Positions 10,439 through 20,900 of a stretch of DNA of 64,000 bases are shown here, one piece after another. Within the stretch, counting starts at the first letter, position 1. Every line of letters starts with the position of its first letter. A program made the position numbers and the translations under genes. This DNA is from an uncultured Bacteroidales bacterium (GTDB lineage: Bacteria > Bacteroidota > Bacteroidia > Bacteroidales > Bacteroidaceae). The notes below the pieces were generated by a model. It was not told where the DNA came from and made no database searches. It saw nothing but the letters and a program-made list of their open reading frames with translations. The stretch is from positions 1,350 to 65,349 of the forward strand of contig CADBXS010000004.1 in the NCBI GenBank assembly GCA_902798705.1, given 5' to 3'.

Positions 10439-10948
10439 TTAATTGGTCTTGAACTTGTAATGGATTTCGGACAGTTCGGCATTCGCCTTTTCAATCTTGT
10501 CACGAAGTCCCAGCTTGTAGGCAGCCAGCTTATCTGCAAGAGAACCATCACTGAGCGCGAGCATCTGCATCGCCAAGATGGCAGCATTAAGCGAACCATT
10601 GATTGCCACCGTTGCCACAGGAATGCCTGGAGGCATCTGCAAGATGCTGAGCACAGCATCCACGCCATCGAGAGTAGAACCTTTCACAGGAACACCAATG
10701 ACGGGCAGCGTCGTACTGGCAGCGATGACGCCTGGCAGTGCAGCAGCCATGCCAGCTCCTGCGATAATCACCTTCACACCCCTTCCCTGTGCATCTTTGG
10801 CAAACGCCTCAACGGCATCGGGAGTGCGATGTGCAGACAGTGCATTCATTTCGAACGGAATTTCCATTTCCTCGAAGAACTTGGCAGCTTTTTCCATAAC
10901 AGGCAAATCACTGGTGCTGCCCATGATAATACTTACGAGTGGATTCAT
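10439..10948 (-). CDS. purE: 5-(carboxyamino)imidazole ribonucleotide mutase
   Basis: IMGSTSDLPVM..SAHRTP..IIAGAGMAAALPGV..PVIGVPV are canonical PurE motifs. Confidence 0.93.
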   Translation of the reverse strand: MNPLVSIIMGSTSDLPVMEKAAKFFEEMEIPFEMNALSAHRTPDAVEAFAKDAQGRGVKVIIAGAGMAAALPGVIAASTTLPVIGVPVKGSTLDGVDAVLSILQMPPGIPVATVAINGSLNAAILAMQMLALSDGSLADKLAAYKLGLRDKIEKANAELSEIHYKFKTN

Positions 10949-10981
10949 ATATCTATCTTATTTTATGATTAATTCTTTCTA

Positions 10982-11057
10982 CTCCCCTCGCTTTCAAAGT
11001 TCCCCTCGCCCTTCGGAGAGGGGTTAGGGGTGAGGCTCGGGGTTGGGGGTGAGGCTT
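10982..11057. repeat. REP-like palindromic element (CCCCTCGCCCTTxGGAGAGGGGTTAGGGGTGAGGC), copy 1, with a partial tandem tail
   Basis: The same ~39-nt element recurs at 30913-30951 and 33991-34029, and inverted at 45819-45857. The CCCCTC/GAGGGG stem is visible. Confidence 0.75.
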
Positions 11058-11063
11058 ATCTTA

Positions 11064-11687
11064 CTATATCCACGCAAATAGTATGCAAATCAGCGAACTG
11101 AAGAACCCCACGGCAAAGCCCACGAGCACTTGTGCCAGACTATGCTGACGAAGTACCATGCGGCTGGTACCCAAGACGCCCGACAACAGAACAAGCGCAC
11201 ATCCTGGCCAGAAGGGATTGTAGAAAAAGATGCTACTGAACGACAGAAGCATACCTACCAGTCCACCCATGCCCACCATGTGGGTACTGATTTTCCACCA
11301 CACGTTCACCACCACGCACACAATCTGTGCCACGATGGCAGCCATGATGATGCCACGGAAGAACATGGCCGTGTTGATTTGCGTGAATAGCATCAAGCAG
11401 GCCGAATAGCTCAGCAGCGTGAGGACGTAAGGCATGTGTCGGTGCTCACGATGGCTCAACTGCCAATGCGACCAGCGGTTCAGATGCCGAAACAGATTGA
11501 TACTCAGACGCGGAATGAGGATGGTGAATACAAAGACGATGCCCAGTATCAGCAACTTGTAGCCTAAGGGCAACAGCTTGAGGTAGCTGAAGAAGAAAAG
11601 CCACAAGAATGCCCATATCGGTGCGTAGAATGGTGAAAACACCACCGACAGAACATGAGCAATTTGTAATAGTTTTTTTTCCAACAT
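11064..11687 (-). CDS. PAP2-family membrane phosphatase
   Basis: Multi-TM protein with PAP2 motifs STHMVG and SRMVLRQHSLAQVLVG (SRxxxxxHxxxD-like). Confidence 0.7.
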   Translation of the reverse strand: MLEKKLLQIAHVLSVVFSPFYAPIWAFLWLFFFSYLKLLPLGYKLLILGIVFVFTILIPRLSINLFRHLNRWSHWQLSHREHRHMPYVLTLLSYSACLMLFTQINTAMFFRGIIMAAIVAQIVCVVVNVWWKISTHMVGMGGLVGMLLSFSSIFFYNPFWPGCALVLLSGVLGTSRMVLRQHSLAQVLVGFAVGFFSSLICILFAWI

Positions 11688-11761
11688 CCGAACGTCCAGA
11701 GTTCTTTATTTATTTTAAAACCGTTCTAAAAAATTCATTTTTTAGCCAAAAACCAAGTCCC

Positions 11762-13333
11762 TCAAATCTGCTTGCGGAACTTGGCAGGCGGTATTTTCAT
11801 CTCCTCGCGATACTTCGACACGGTGCGGCGACTGATTTTCAGTCCATTCTCCTCCTTCAGCAGTGCGGCGATGCGCTCGTCGGGCAGCGGCTTCTGCTTG
11901 TCCTCGTGGTCGATGATATCCCTGATGAGCGGGAACACCTTCGTGCGCATGATGAGGTCGCCCTCAGCATTGGTCGCCGAGCGAACGAAGAAATGCTTGA
12001 GCGAATAAAGGGAACCGTCCAGCAGCACGTACTTGCTGTTCACCACGCGCGAGATGGTCGAGATATCCAGATGCGTGCGCTCAGCCACATCCACCATTCG
12101 GAGCGGCTTGAGCAAGTTGTCGTCCTGCGTCAGCATGAAGTCGCGCTGAAAGGCGATGATAGCCTTCATGGTCGAGATGAGCGTGTTCTGGCGCTGCTTG
12201 ATGGCCGCAATGAACATACGTGCCGAATCCACCTCCTTGCGGACATAAGTGTAGGCTTCTTTTTGCTCATGGTTCAACTTCTCCGACATCTTCTGATAGG
12301 TGTCTGCCTGTTGCACGAATTCCCGACTCACGCGGAGCGAAGGAATCTTACCCGTATTGAGCGAGAAAATAATGCTGTTCTCATGGTCCGTCTCCACATA
12401 GAAGTCGGGCACGATGGTCTGTGCCTGATCGGTGGCAGCCTCGTGGAGCGAACGTCCTGGATGCGGATTGAGCCTGCTGATGGCAGTGATGGCCAAACGC
12501 AGACGATCGCCACTGATGCCCAGTTCTTTCGCCAGTCGTTGGGGGTCGTTACGTTCGAAGAGCGTGAAATGGTCGGCAATAATGCGGCGTTCCAACTCCA
12601 AGAGTTGACGTGCCTTCTGCTGCTGTTCGCTGAGTTCAGCGTCATCTCTCGCATCCACCTCCTGCAACTGACGGTCAATCTGCAAAAGCAGGCACTCGCG
12701 CAAGTTACGTGCACCGATGCCACAAGGCTCAAACTGCTGCAAGATAGCCAGCGCCTCTTCCAGTTCCTCCACACTCGCCTCCACATTGTGGTCGAAGAGC
12801 AAGTCGTCGGAGATGTCTGCCAACGAACGTTCCAGGAACCCGCGCTCGTCGAGTGAGCCGATGAGGTGGACAATAAGCTCGCGCTGCTTGTCCGTCACGT
12901 CGTATTCCCCTATCTGAGCCTGCAAGTCCTCGATGAACGAACCCGTGTCGCCAATAGGTATTTCCGCACCCTCATCCCTTGTGGTAGCCTTCTTCGAGTA
13001 GTTCGGCAACTCGTCATCCCCGTAGTCCGAGAGAGTCTCGTGGTAGTCAATGTCCCTGTCATCACTGCCGTTGTCAGGGTTGAACTCATCGACCGAGTCC
13101 TCCTTCCCAGCGTCGAAGTCATCGTCATTCTCGTACAGTCCGTTGCGGTCGTAGTCGTCGCCACCCTCGTGTCCTTCCTCCAAAACGGGATTCAAGAACA
13201 TCTCATCCTTCACCCTCTGCTCAAAATCAGTCAGAGGCAACTCCACGAGTTTCGCCACAAGATATTGCTGTGGTGACAGCTTCTGGAGTTGCTTCTGATC
13301 TAAGTGTTGTGTCAGTTCCGACTTTGCTTGCAT
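11762..13333 (-). CDS. rpoN: RNA polymerase sigma-54 factor
   Basis: The start is taken at MQAKSELTQHL. An acidic region II is followed by the C-terminal HTH and the RpoN box ISRRTVSKYREEMKIP. Confidence 0.9.
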   Translation of the reverse strand: MQAKSELTQHLDQKQLQKLSPQQYLVAKLVELPLTDFEQRVKDEMFLNPVLEEGHEGGDDYDRNGLYENDDDFDAGKEDSVDEFNPDNGSDDRDIDYHETLSDYGDDELPNYSKKATTRDEGAEIPIGDTGSFIEDLQAQIGEYDVTDKQRELIVHLIGSLDERGFLERSLADISDDLLFDHNVEASVEELEEALAILQQFEPCGIGARNLRECLLLQIDRQLQEVDARDDAELSEQQQKARQLLELERRIIADHFTLFERNDPQRLAKELGISGDRLRLAITAISRLNPHPGRSLHEAATDQAQTIVPDFYVETDHENSIIFSLNTGKIPSLRVSREFVQQADTYQKMSEKLNHEQKEAYTYVRKEVDSARMFIAAIKQRQNTLISTMKAIIAFQRDFMLTQDDNLLKPLRMVDVAERTHLDISTISRVVNSKYVLLDGSLYSLKHFFVRSATNAEGDLIMRTKVFPLIRDIIDHEDKQKPLPDERIAALLKEENGLKISRRTVSKYREEMKIPPAKFRKQI

Positions 13334-13339
13334 AATTCC

Positions 13340-13560
13340 AAATGAGAACGAAGAAGGAAAAACGTGGAGCGTGAAGAGTGAAGAGTGGAGCGTGAAGAGT
13401 GGAGATAAGTACAAAGGACAAAAGGACAAAGTACAACGTAGTTAAGTGCTAAAAGCATAACTGTACCTTGTAAATTGTACATTGTACTTTTTGTGATTTT
13501 TCACTTTTCACTTCTAACTTTATTAGAATCCTTTTAAATCCTTTAAATCCCTGATTCACT
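13340..13560. repeat. Composite short-word repeat block forming an imperfect long palindrome
   Basis: The words GTGAAGAGTGGAG and GTACAAAGGACAAA on the left are mirrored by TTGTACATTGTAC and TTCACTTTTCAC on the right. The block ends in the AATCCTTTAAATCCCTGATTCA word, which is also seen at 36610 and inverted at 54420. Confidence 0.5.
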
Positions 13561-13562
13561 TT

Positions 13563-13904
13563 TTATTCTTCGTCATCCTCAAACTGTTCCGAGTATTCCA
13601 TTTCCGCCTGAACCACGAGAAGGATGTCGTCGTGTTCGTACTCGCCTATCTTCTCCTTCTTCGCCTTGGCGATGACCACGTCAGCCACCTTGTCGAGGTC
13701 GATTTCCACATAACCATCCTTGTCAGGCTCAGCATTAAGGACGTCGCCCGAGGTGTAGTAGTCGATGATGACATCCAGGAAGTAGTAAAGCTCGTCGTCG
13801 GAGAACTTCTCCTTCAGCTCGAGCGGCAGAAAGTTGCGGATGAACTCAATCTCGCGAGCGTCATCCTCAGCATCTTTCAGAATTTCGTCATCTATTGCAG
13901 ACAT
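13563..13904 (-). CDS. Acidic hypothetical protein (113 aa)
   Basis: A clean ORF between trxA and rpoN on the same strand. The composition is very acidic and I recognise no domain. Confidence 0.55.
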   Translation of the reverse strand: MSAIDDEILKDAEDDAREIEFIRNFLPLELKEKFSDDELYYFLDVIIDYYTSGDVLNAEPDKDGYVEIDLDKVADVVIAKAKKEKIGEYEHDDILLVVQAEMEYSEQFEDDEE

Positions 13905-13946
13905 GATGAAAAGAATTGAATTGGTAAAACGGAAAGAAACGGAACA

Positions 13947-14255
13947 CTAAAGCATCGCCTTGATCTTGTCCTCATAGGCCGACTTCACGGTAGCGCCGAC
14001 AATCTTGTCCACCACCTGACCGTCCTTGATGAAGAGCACTGTTGGGATGTTGCGGATGCCGTACTGCGACGAGAGGTCGTCGTTCTCTTCCACATCCACC
14101 TTTCCCACGATTACCTGGTCGGCATACTGCTCAGCCAGTTCCTCAATCACAGGAGCAATTTTCTTGCAAGGGCCACACCAAGTAGCCCAGAAATCAAGTA
14201 CGACAGGCTTGCCTGCATTCATTACAGACTCGAAATTGTCACTTGTAATCACCAT
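13947..14255 (-). CDS. trxA: Thioredoxin
   Basis: WATWCGPCK active site and a size of 102 aa. Confidence 0.93.
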   Translation of the reverse strand: MVITSDNFESVMNAGKPVVLDFWATWCGPCKKIAPVIEELAEQYADQVIVGKVDVEENDDLSSQYGIRNIPTVLFIKDGQVVDKIVGATVKSAYEDKIKAML

Positions 14256-14375
14256 AGTTTTGTTTCCTTTCTATACTTTATTTTGTTAATAATATGTTTG
14301 CGAATCAAAGTTTGCGTGTCTTCTCGAACTGATAAAAACGAACCCATTCTGCTCTTCAATCCTAAAAAGATGATG

Positions 14376-14383
14376 CAAATATA
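14376..14383 (-). promoter_or_regulatory. Candidate Bacteroidota -7 box (TATATTTG on the minus strand) upstream of trxA
   Basis: Matches TAnnTTTG about 120 nt upstream of the trxA ATG. It is a motif match only. Confidence 0.3.
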
Positions 14384-14734
14384 CGGTTTTTTACCGATAA
14401 AGCGAATGAAAACCCAAAATTGTTCCTCCTTTTTATCATTATTTATCAATCGCCCCATTTCCACATTTCGCTATCGCCCCATTTCGTCGTATGCGATGCA
14501 CCTTTTTTCCGTCCATTCCTCCGTCAGTCAGTGCAAGGGAAGGTGCAGCGCCATAGAGGATTGTCTGAACCTTCTGTTAGGCGTAAGCCAACCGCATGAG
14601 GGGATTCACTGAACCGCACGTTTGGTTCAACTAGTTGCCCGAAGGCTCGTTATCGAATCGGCGAACCCTCGGCGTTGCGATGGCGAAGGCTCGGCAGAAA
14701 AACGTTGAGGGCTCGGCTATTCAGTTGAACCGTT

Positions 14735-14780
14735 AGCTCGGCGCAAGCCAATCAAAGAATTAATTGGCTTACGCCGAGCT
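14735..14780. repeat. 18-bp-stem hairpin (AGCTCGGCGCAAGCCAAT / ATTGGCTTACGCCGAGCT) inside a GAAGGCTCG/CGAACCTTCG word block
   Basis: The arms are complementary with one mismatch. The GGCT(T)ACGCCGAGCTGAA(A/G)GTTC word recurs at ~43046 and ~52786, and related words occur at 46180-46330. Confidence 0.55.
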
Positions 14781-14857
14781 GAAAGTTCAGTAGAATCAAA
14801 GGAAAGCGCCAGTACATTCGAAGCCACACAGTGTTCCATCCCTTTTTAGTGCGTAAA

Positions 14858-14890
14858 AAAGGGGCTTGGCGATGTTGCCAAGCCCCGGAT
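14858..14890 (-). terminator. Rho-independent terminator of the 2359-aa gene
   Basis: On the minus strand, GGGGCTTGGCAACATCGCCAAGCCCC is followed by TTTTTT, about 65 nt after the stop codon. Confidence 0.65.
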
Positions 14891-14950
14891 AGGACGATTC
14901 GAATCTGACTGACATGGAAAGTCAGTGCTTGTGATTCGAGTGGGATGAGA

Positions 14951-17900
14951 TTACTTCAAGAACATCTTCTTGCCATTGACAATGTAGATGTTGCCCTTGA
15001 CAGGAACGCGAACACGCTGGCCGTTGAGGTCGTAGATGACTGCGTTCTCGAGGTCGGCATAGATGCCGTTGATGCCTACAGGAAGCACGTACGAGAATAT
15101 AATCTTGACGAGAACAGCCTTGGTCTCGTTGGCGATAGCCCAGTAGCAGTTGATGGTCTGCTGTTCGCATCCATTGATGTTCCAGCAACCGTAGTTCTGA
15201 CCATCGGTGTACTTCACACAAGCAGGAACTGTAGCGTCGCCAGTGTGATTTGCGAAGTCGCCATCAACATTGCGCCATCCGTCGAATGCAACAAAGTCGG
15301 CGATGAATTCCTGAGTGGTTGGGTTGTAAGCATAAACAGTTGCATCGCTGAGAGATGCGAGTCCGAGTTCTTCGAGGATAGCTGCCACCTGGTCGTCAGT
15401 GAGGCTGACGGTCTTATTGAGGTAGCTTTCATCGGTAGTGTTGTACTCAACAGCAAGCTCGTAGATGTTGTCGGAGATTTCGAGTTCGATTGGCTGAGGT
15501 GGATTCTCATCTGACACGAAGGTGACATCGACAGAGAGTACGACAGCCTTGCCGTCGGCAACGAATGCAAAGAGCGTATTGAAGGTGTCGCCAGCAGAGA
15601 AGGTAGCATCGTGTTCACCGAGGTAATCGATGATGCCGCTTGCTGGGTCCTGAATCTTAGCGCAGAGACCATTTGCACAAGTTGCCCACATAGCAGCGAA
15701 TCCCTCAGAGTTGCGCCAACCGTCGATGGTGCCGCCACCGTACTCAGCGAGAACTGCGGTCTTGTCTGGATTCACGAAGTACTGAGTAGCAGCGGAGAGA
15801 TTCTCGATGCCGAGCCATTCAGCAATGGCAGCAGCGTCGAACTTAGCAGTATCGCCTGAATAAGCGCGCTTCTCGATCATCTCAACAGCTACGTTGGTCG
15901 TTGCAATGATAGGGATGAGCTCTTCGCCCACAATGATGGATGGAACTGGTTCGTCGCCCTTCTCCTTACCGAGCTTGATGCTGGTAACGGTAGCAGGACC
16001 GCCCCAAGTAGCCTTGATAACATTGAGGTGGACGAAGCCTCTCTCAGCCTTGATGGCAGCGAGGTTAATAATCCAGTTGCCATTCTCGTCAACAGTGACG
16101 TATGGGCTTTCAGTCGAGTTGATTTCGATGAAGTCGGAGCTGGTGTCTTCCGAGCGGTCGAAGAGGAGGCGTGGAGTACCCGAAGCCACTTCGATAACCA
16201 TGTGGTCGTACTCGGTGAGGTCGGCATAGAGCTTAGCAGCTACATTCACGTTACCATAGATGGTGCCGCCAGCACCTACCTCAGTGCCTACCTGATATTC
16301 ACGCCAAGGATTTTCGTTGACAACCTGTGCATCTGCACCGCTGCTGTCCCACTCCTTGAACATATCCTCTGTGAGGTCGGTGTAAACATACTCTTTCTGA
16401 GGCTCAACATAGTTCTTCGCAGCGATGATTTCAGCAATAGCCTCGGGTGTGAGGACATAGTTGGTAACCATCACGTCGTCGAAGCGGAATGGTGCATCGC
16501 CGTCGTTCCAGTCCCAAGCCTGGTTACCACCGAGGCAGATGTACTTGAGGTCGGCACCATCGGAGAAGAGTCCGTCGAGTGTGCAGCCAGGGTTAGCACC
16601 GAGCTTCCACTGGTTCTTCACATTGCCATCGAGATAGATGGTGAGGCCTTCGGCAGTGAAGACAGCTGTGTAGAAGTGCCACTGGTTGTCCTCGAGCCAG
16701 TTCTCAACGAAGTTGAAGTTAGCGTCGCCTGCTTCCCAAGCATTGCTGTTGTAGAGGTTGTTCTTGCCTTCTACGTTCTCAGCAGCTGTGAAGTCGGTCC
16801 ATCCGTTGCAGTTGACCTGTGCGAATCCGCGGCTCTGGAGTGCGAGCATTGGCCAAGAGTTGGCAGCGCCTTCCGTGTTGCTTGCGTAAGCCGTGAAGAA
16901 TGGTGCGTAGGTGTAAGCATCAGGTGTGTTGCCGTTGGCATTTACCCAGAATGCGATGGAGAGTTCCTTGCTGAGTGTGCTCTGAGCGAAGAGCGTGTCA
17001 GGGAGCGTGATGTAGTTAGCACGAACGCCTGCATTGACATTCTCGAATACCTTACCGAAGTTAGGTGTCTCATCGTCAACGATAGCGCCACCACCCACGA
17101 TGTTCACATTTTCGTCAGCCTCTTCGAAGTTGTAGAACCAAGTGTACTCCACTGGAACTGGAGCTGGCTCAACATAGGTGAATGCCACCTTGACGAGGAC
17201 TGCTGTGGTCTTGTTAGCGATAGCCCAATAGCAATCGATTGTCTGAGGTTCGCAACCAGAGATGTTGTAGCAATTGTAAGTCTGTCCGTCGGTGTACTTC
17301 ACACAAGCAGGAACAGTAGCGTCGCCAGTGTGCATTGCAAAGTCGCCAGCAGCATTACGCCATCCGTCGAATGCAGCAAAGTCGGTGAGGATTTCCTGTG
17401 TGGTTGGGTTGTAAGCATAAACGGTTGCCTCAGAGAGAGACTCGAAGCCGAGTTCTGCACAGATAGCTGCTACCTGTTCGTCGGTGAGGACAGCCATCTT
17501 CTGTGTGTAATTAGGCTCGTTGGTCTCGTAGGAAACAGTTGCGTCATAAACATTCTCGGAGATGGTGAGTTCTGGCAACTTGATGAAGCTGACAACAGCG
17601 TTCAAGATGACAGCCTTGCCGTCGGCAACGAATGCGAAGCCAGCTGTGTAGGAGTCGCCTTCTACGAAGTTAGCGTCGTGAGCGCCGAGGTAATTGATGA
17701 TGCCGCTTGCAGGGTCCTCAATCTTAGCGCAGAATCCGTTAGCACTTTCGCCCCAAGAAGCAGCGAAGCCTTCAGCGTTGCGCCAACCGTCGTTGGTGCC
17801 GTCGCCGTACTCAGCGAGAACGGTGGTCTTGTCAGGGTTGAGGAAGTACTGAGTAGCTGTAGAGAGGTCCTCGATGCCGAGAGCTGCAGCGATGGCAGCA

Positions 17901-20900
17901 GCATCGAACTGAGCAGTGTCGCCCGAGTAAGGACTCTTCTCGTACATCTCAACAGGTACGTTGATCTCAGTCACGATAGGGATAGCCTCTTCGCCCACCA
18001 TGATGGATGGAACTGGTTCGTCGCCCTTCTCCTTACCGAGCTTGATAGCAGTAACGGTAGCTGCGCCGCCCCAAGTAGCCTTCATGACATTGAGGTGAAC
18101 GAAGCCTCTCTCAGCCTTGATGGCAGAGAGGTCGATGGTCCAGTTGCCATTCTCGTCAACAGTGACGTATGGGCTTTCTGGTGAGTTGATTTCGAGGAAG
18201 TCGGAACTGTTGTCTTCCGTGCGGTTGAAGAGGAGGCGTGGAGTACCCGAAGCCACTTCGATAACCATCACGTCGTAGTCGGTGATGTCGGCATAGAGCT
18301 TTGCGAGTACGCTACCATTTCCGTAGATAGTGCCGCCAGCACCTACCTCAGTGCCTACCTGATATTCATGTCCAGGGTTGTTGTTGACAACCTGTGCATC
18401 GGCAGTGACACCGTCCCACTCCTTGAACATATCCTCGGTGAGGTCGGTATAAACATATTCCTTCTGAGGTTCTGGAATCACAACCTTTGCAATGGACCAA
18501 AGGATGTTGTCGCCATTGTTCTTGTCGGCATAGCAAGGAGCACCTTCAGCGAGGTCGCCATCGTTGGTACCGATGTGGTGGTTTGCATTGCTTGGCTTGT
18601 AGATGTAATAGAAGTCATCGCCAGCAGGTGCAATTGCCCACTCATACTTGTACTCTTGGGATGTGCTCATTGTCCAGTTGTCGGAACCTACAAAGCCTAC
18701 GTACTCGGTGCCGTTGGTGAGGAACCAACCACCGTTTTCGCCAGCTACGAAGGAGAGATTAGCTGGAATTTCGCTCAGCACTACCTTGGCATTCTCAGTG
18801 TCGAAAGCAAGATAGAGGCCAGAAGCCTTCTGCTGGAAAATGTACTCTGCACCTTCTTCAGGAGCGTTGACTGGAGTAGTGTTGTAAGCCTCGATAGCTG
18901 CATTGAGTTCGGTGAGTGCCTGCTCGTAGTCAGCCTTCGTAAGTTCAGTGTTGTTAGCAACGTCAGTAGCTTTCTTCACAGCAGAGAGGAAGGTTTCGAG
19001 TGCTGATGTAGGAATCTGGAACAAATCGTCGCCTACAAGGTCGGCATCGATGACAACGTCCTCGAGAGCACCATTCAATGCAGCGCGTGCCAACTCGTCG
19101 TCGCTCACCTTCTTGATATCAACGCGGTCGATGAAGAGGTGAGGAGAAGCAGCTGAACCTACGTCCTGAGATTCGTAACCCACGGAGATGACACCTGAGG
19201 TTTCCTCAGTGAGGGTGAAGTTGATGATTTCGTTGGTCCAGACATTGACAGGATAAGACTTAGCAGGAGCCAAGTACTCGGTGCCATCGTCGGCAATGAA
19301 ACCGAACAAGCTCTTTGCAGGAACTGATGTGCCACCTACAGAATTGTAGATAGGGATGGTGATGGAGTAGTTGCCTGGTTCGAGGGTCACCTTCTGTGTG
19401 TACTGAGCAGTGCCTGTCCAAACAGCTACGAGACCGAGAGCCTGCTTGCCATCAGTGTCTTCTGGGCCTTGAGCAGGAGCAATGTATCCAGCACCACCGA
19501 GCCATGCGGTAGCTTCTGAACCGTATGCGAAGATACCAGCAGCACGAGCATCGCCGTTCTCAACTGCGATGTCCCAACCTTCCACTGGCTGCAACTGGCT
19601 CAGCGTTGTGCCGTTGGTCTCCATATCCTTGGCATACGTGCAGATGCCCTGAGCAACAGGAGCACCAAGCTCGAAGTCGAGGTTAGGTTCAACTGGCTCT
19701 GGATCCTTCTCGCCTGCGGTGTACTTCACATCCTTGAAGCTGAGCCAGCTGATGTTGTTGTCAGCAGCGATGTTGAATGTGATGGTCAGCTTGCCGTCGG
19801 CATCTGCTCTACCCTCAGCCTGGATGGTATCGCAGAAGAGCTGGATAGTACCTGCCTTAGTTGGGTTGACAGCAATTGCCTCGCCATCGCCCACTGCGAA
19901 GGTAACTCCATTGTCCTCCACCTCGAGGCTGTTCTTGCGGATACGAGTCCAAACGTCAACAGAATAGTGACGACCTGGGTCGAGACCCTCAACAGTGGCC
20001 TGGATGGTGTTAGCGTTGAGTGGATTGCCATCTTGGTTCCAATACTCATAGAATGGAACCAAGAAGTTGGTGCCGTCGTTCTCACCTTCATGAGACCAAG
20101 TGTTGATGTAGAGAGAGCGCATATAGTCAACAGCCTGCTCGCCACCGATGGTCCATGCAGAAAGGAGGAACTGGTTGGATGCAATGCCCGAATCGTGCTG
20201 CCATCCTGTGACAAGCAATGGATTCGTCACAACCTCTTCGAGGGTGTTGTTGTCGTACTTCAGCTTGTAGTCGTCAGCCATCCCCTTATAAGTGTCGTAT
20301 GCCTCTTGGGTATAGACATTGGTTGATGCTATCAATTCGTACATAGCATCGATGGCTGGCTTGCTGCTTTCGTAGAGGGCAACAGATGCCTGAGCAGCTG
20401 CAACGGCATCGTAGAGAGCATAGTAAGTGTCCTCTGTCAACTCTGCCTCAGCAGCCTGATAAGCAGAAACCAAAGCCGTTGCCTTTGCAGACGACATCTT
20501 CTTGTTTGCGAGTTCCATGACAGCAGGAGTGAGTGCTGCGTATGCCTCATGGATTTCGGTCAGCTTCTTGAGCGAATAAATCTGAATGGTGTGCCATTCA
20601 GTCTGATTTGCCTTGCCGAGTGCTTCACCGATGGTGAGGATTCCGCCTTCAGGAACTACGATGTCGCTAATCGTGTATTTAGGAGCTTCTGTGAAACCAG
20701 TCTGCTTGCCTGCAACGACGGCAACAGTCTTGATTTGGTCGCCAACCTTTGCATAAACATAAGCAACGTCGGAAGACTCGGTAGTCAACCAAGAGTCGCC
20801 CTTCCATGCATTGAAAGAAGTAGCGAATACAGTGACTTCGTAAGTACCTGCCTCAAGTCCTTGGATGTCCTGATGCATCACATCACCTACATCTGCGAAG

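Noticed and set aside
16028-18184. A 718-aa plus-strand ORF, along with other long antisense ORFs such as 23336-25237, 11609-12856 and 9217-10452.
   Set aside because: These are shadow ORFs antisense to well-supported genes (the 2359-aa cargo, dnaE, rpoN, ispG). They have low-complexity composition and no recognisable domains.
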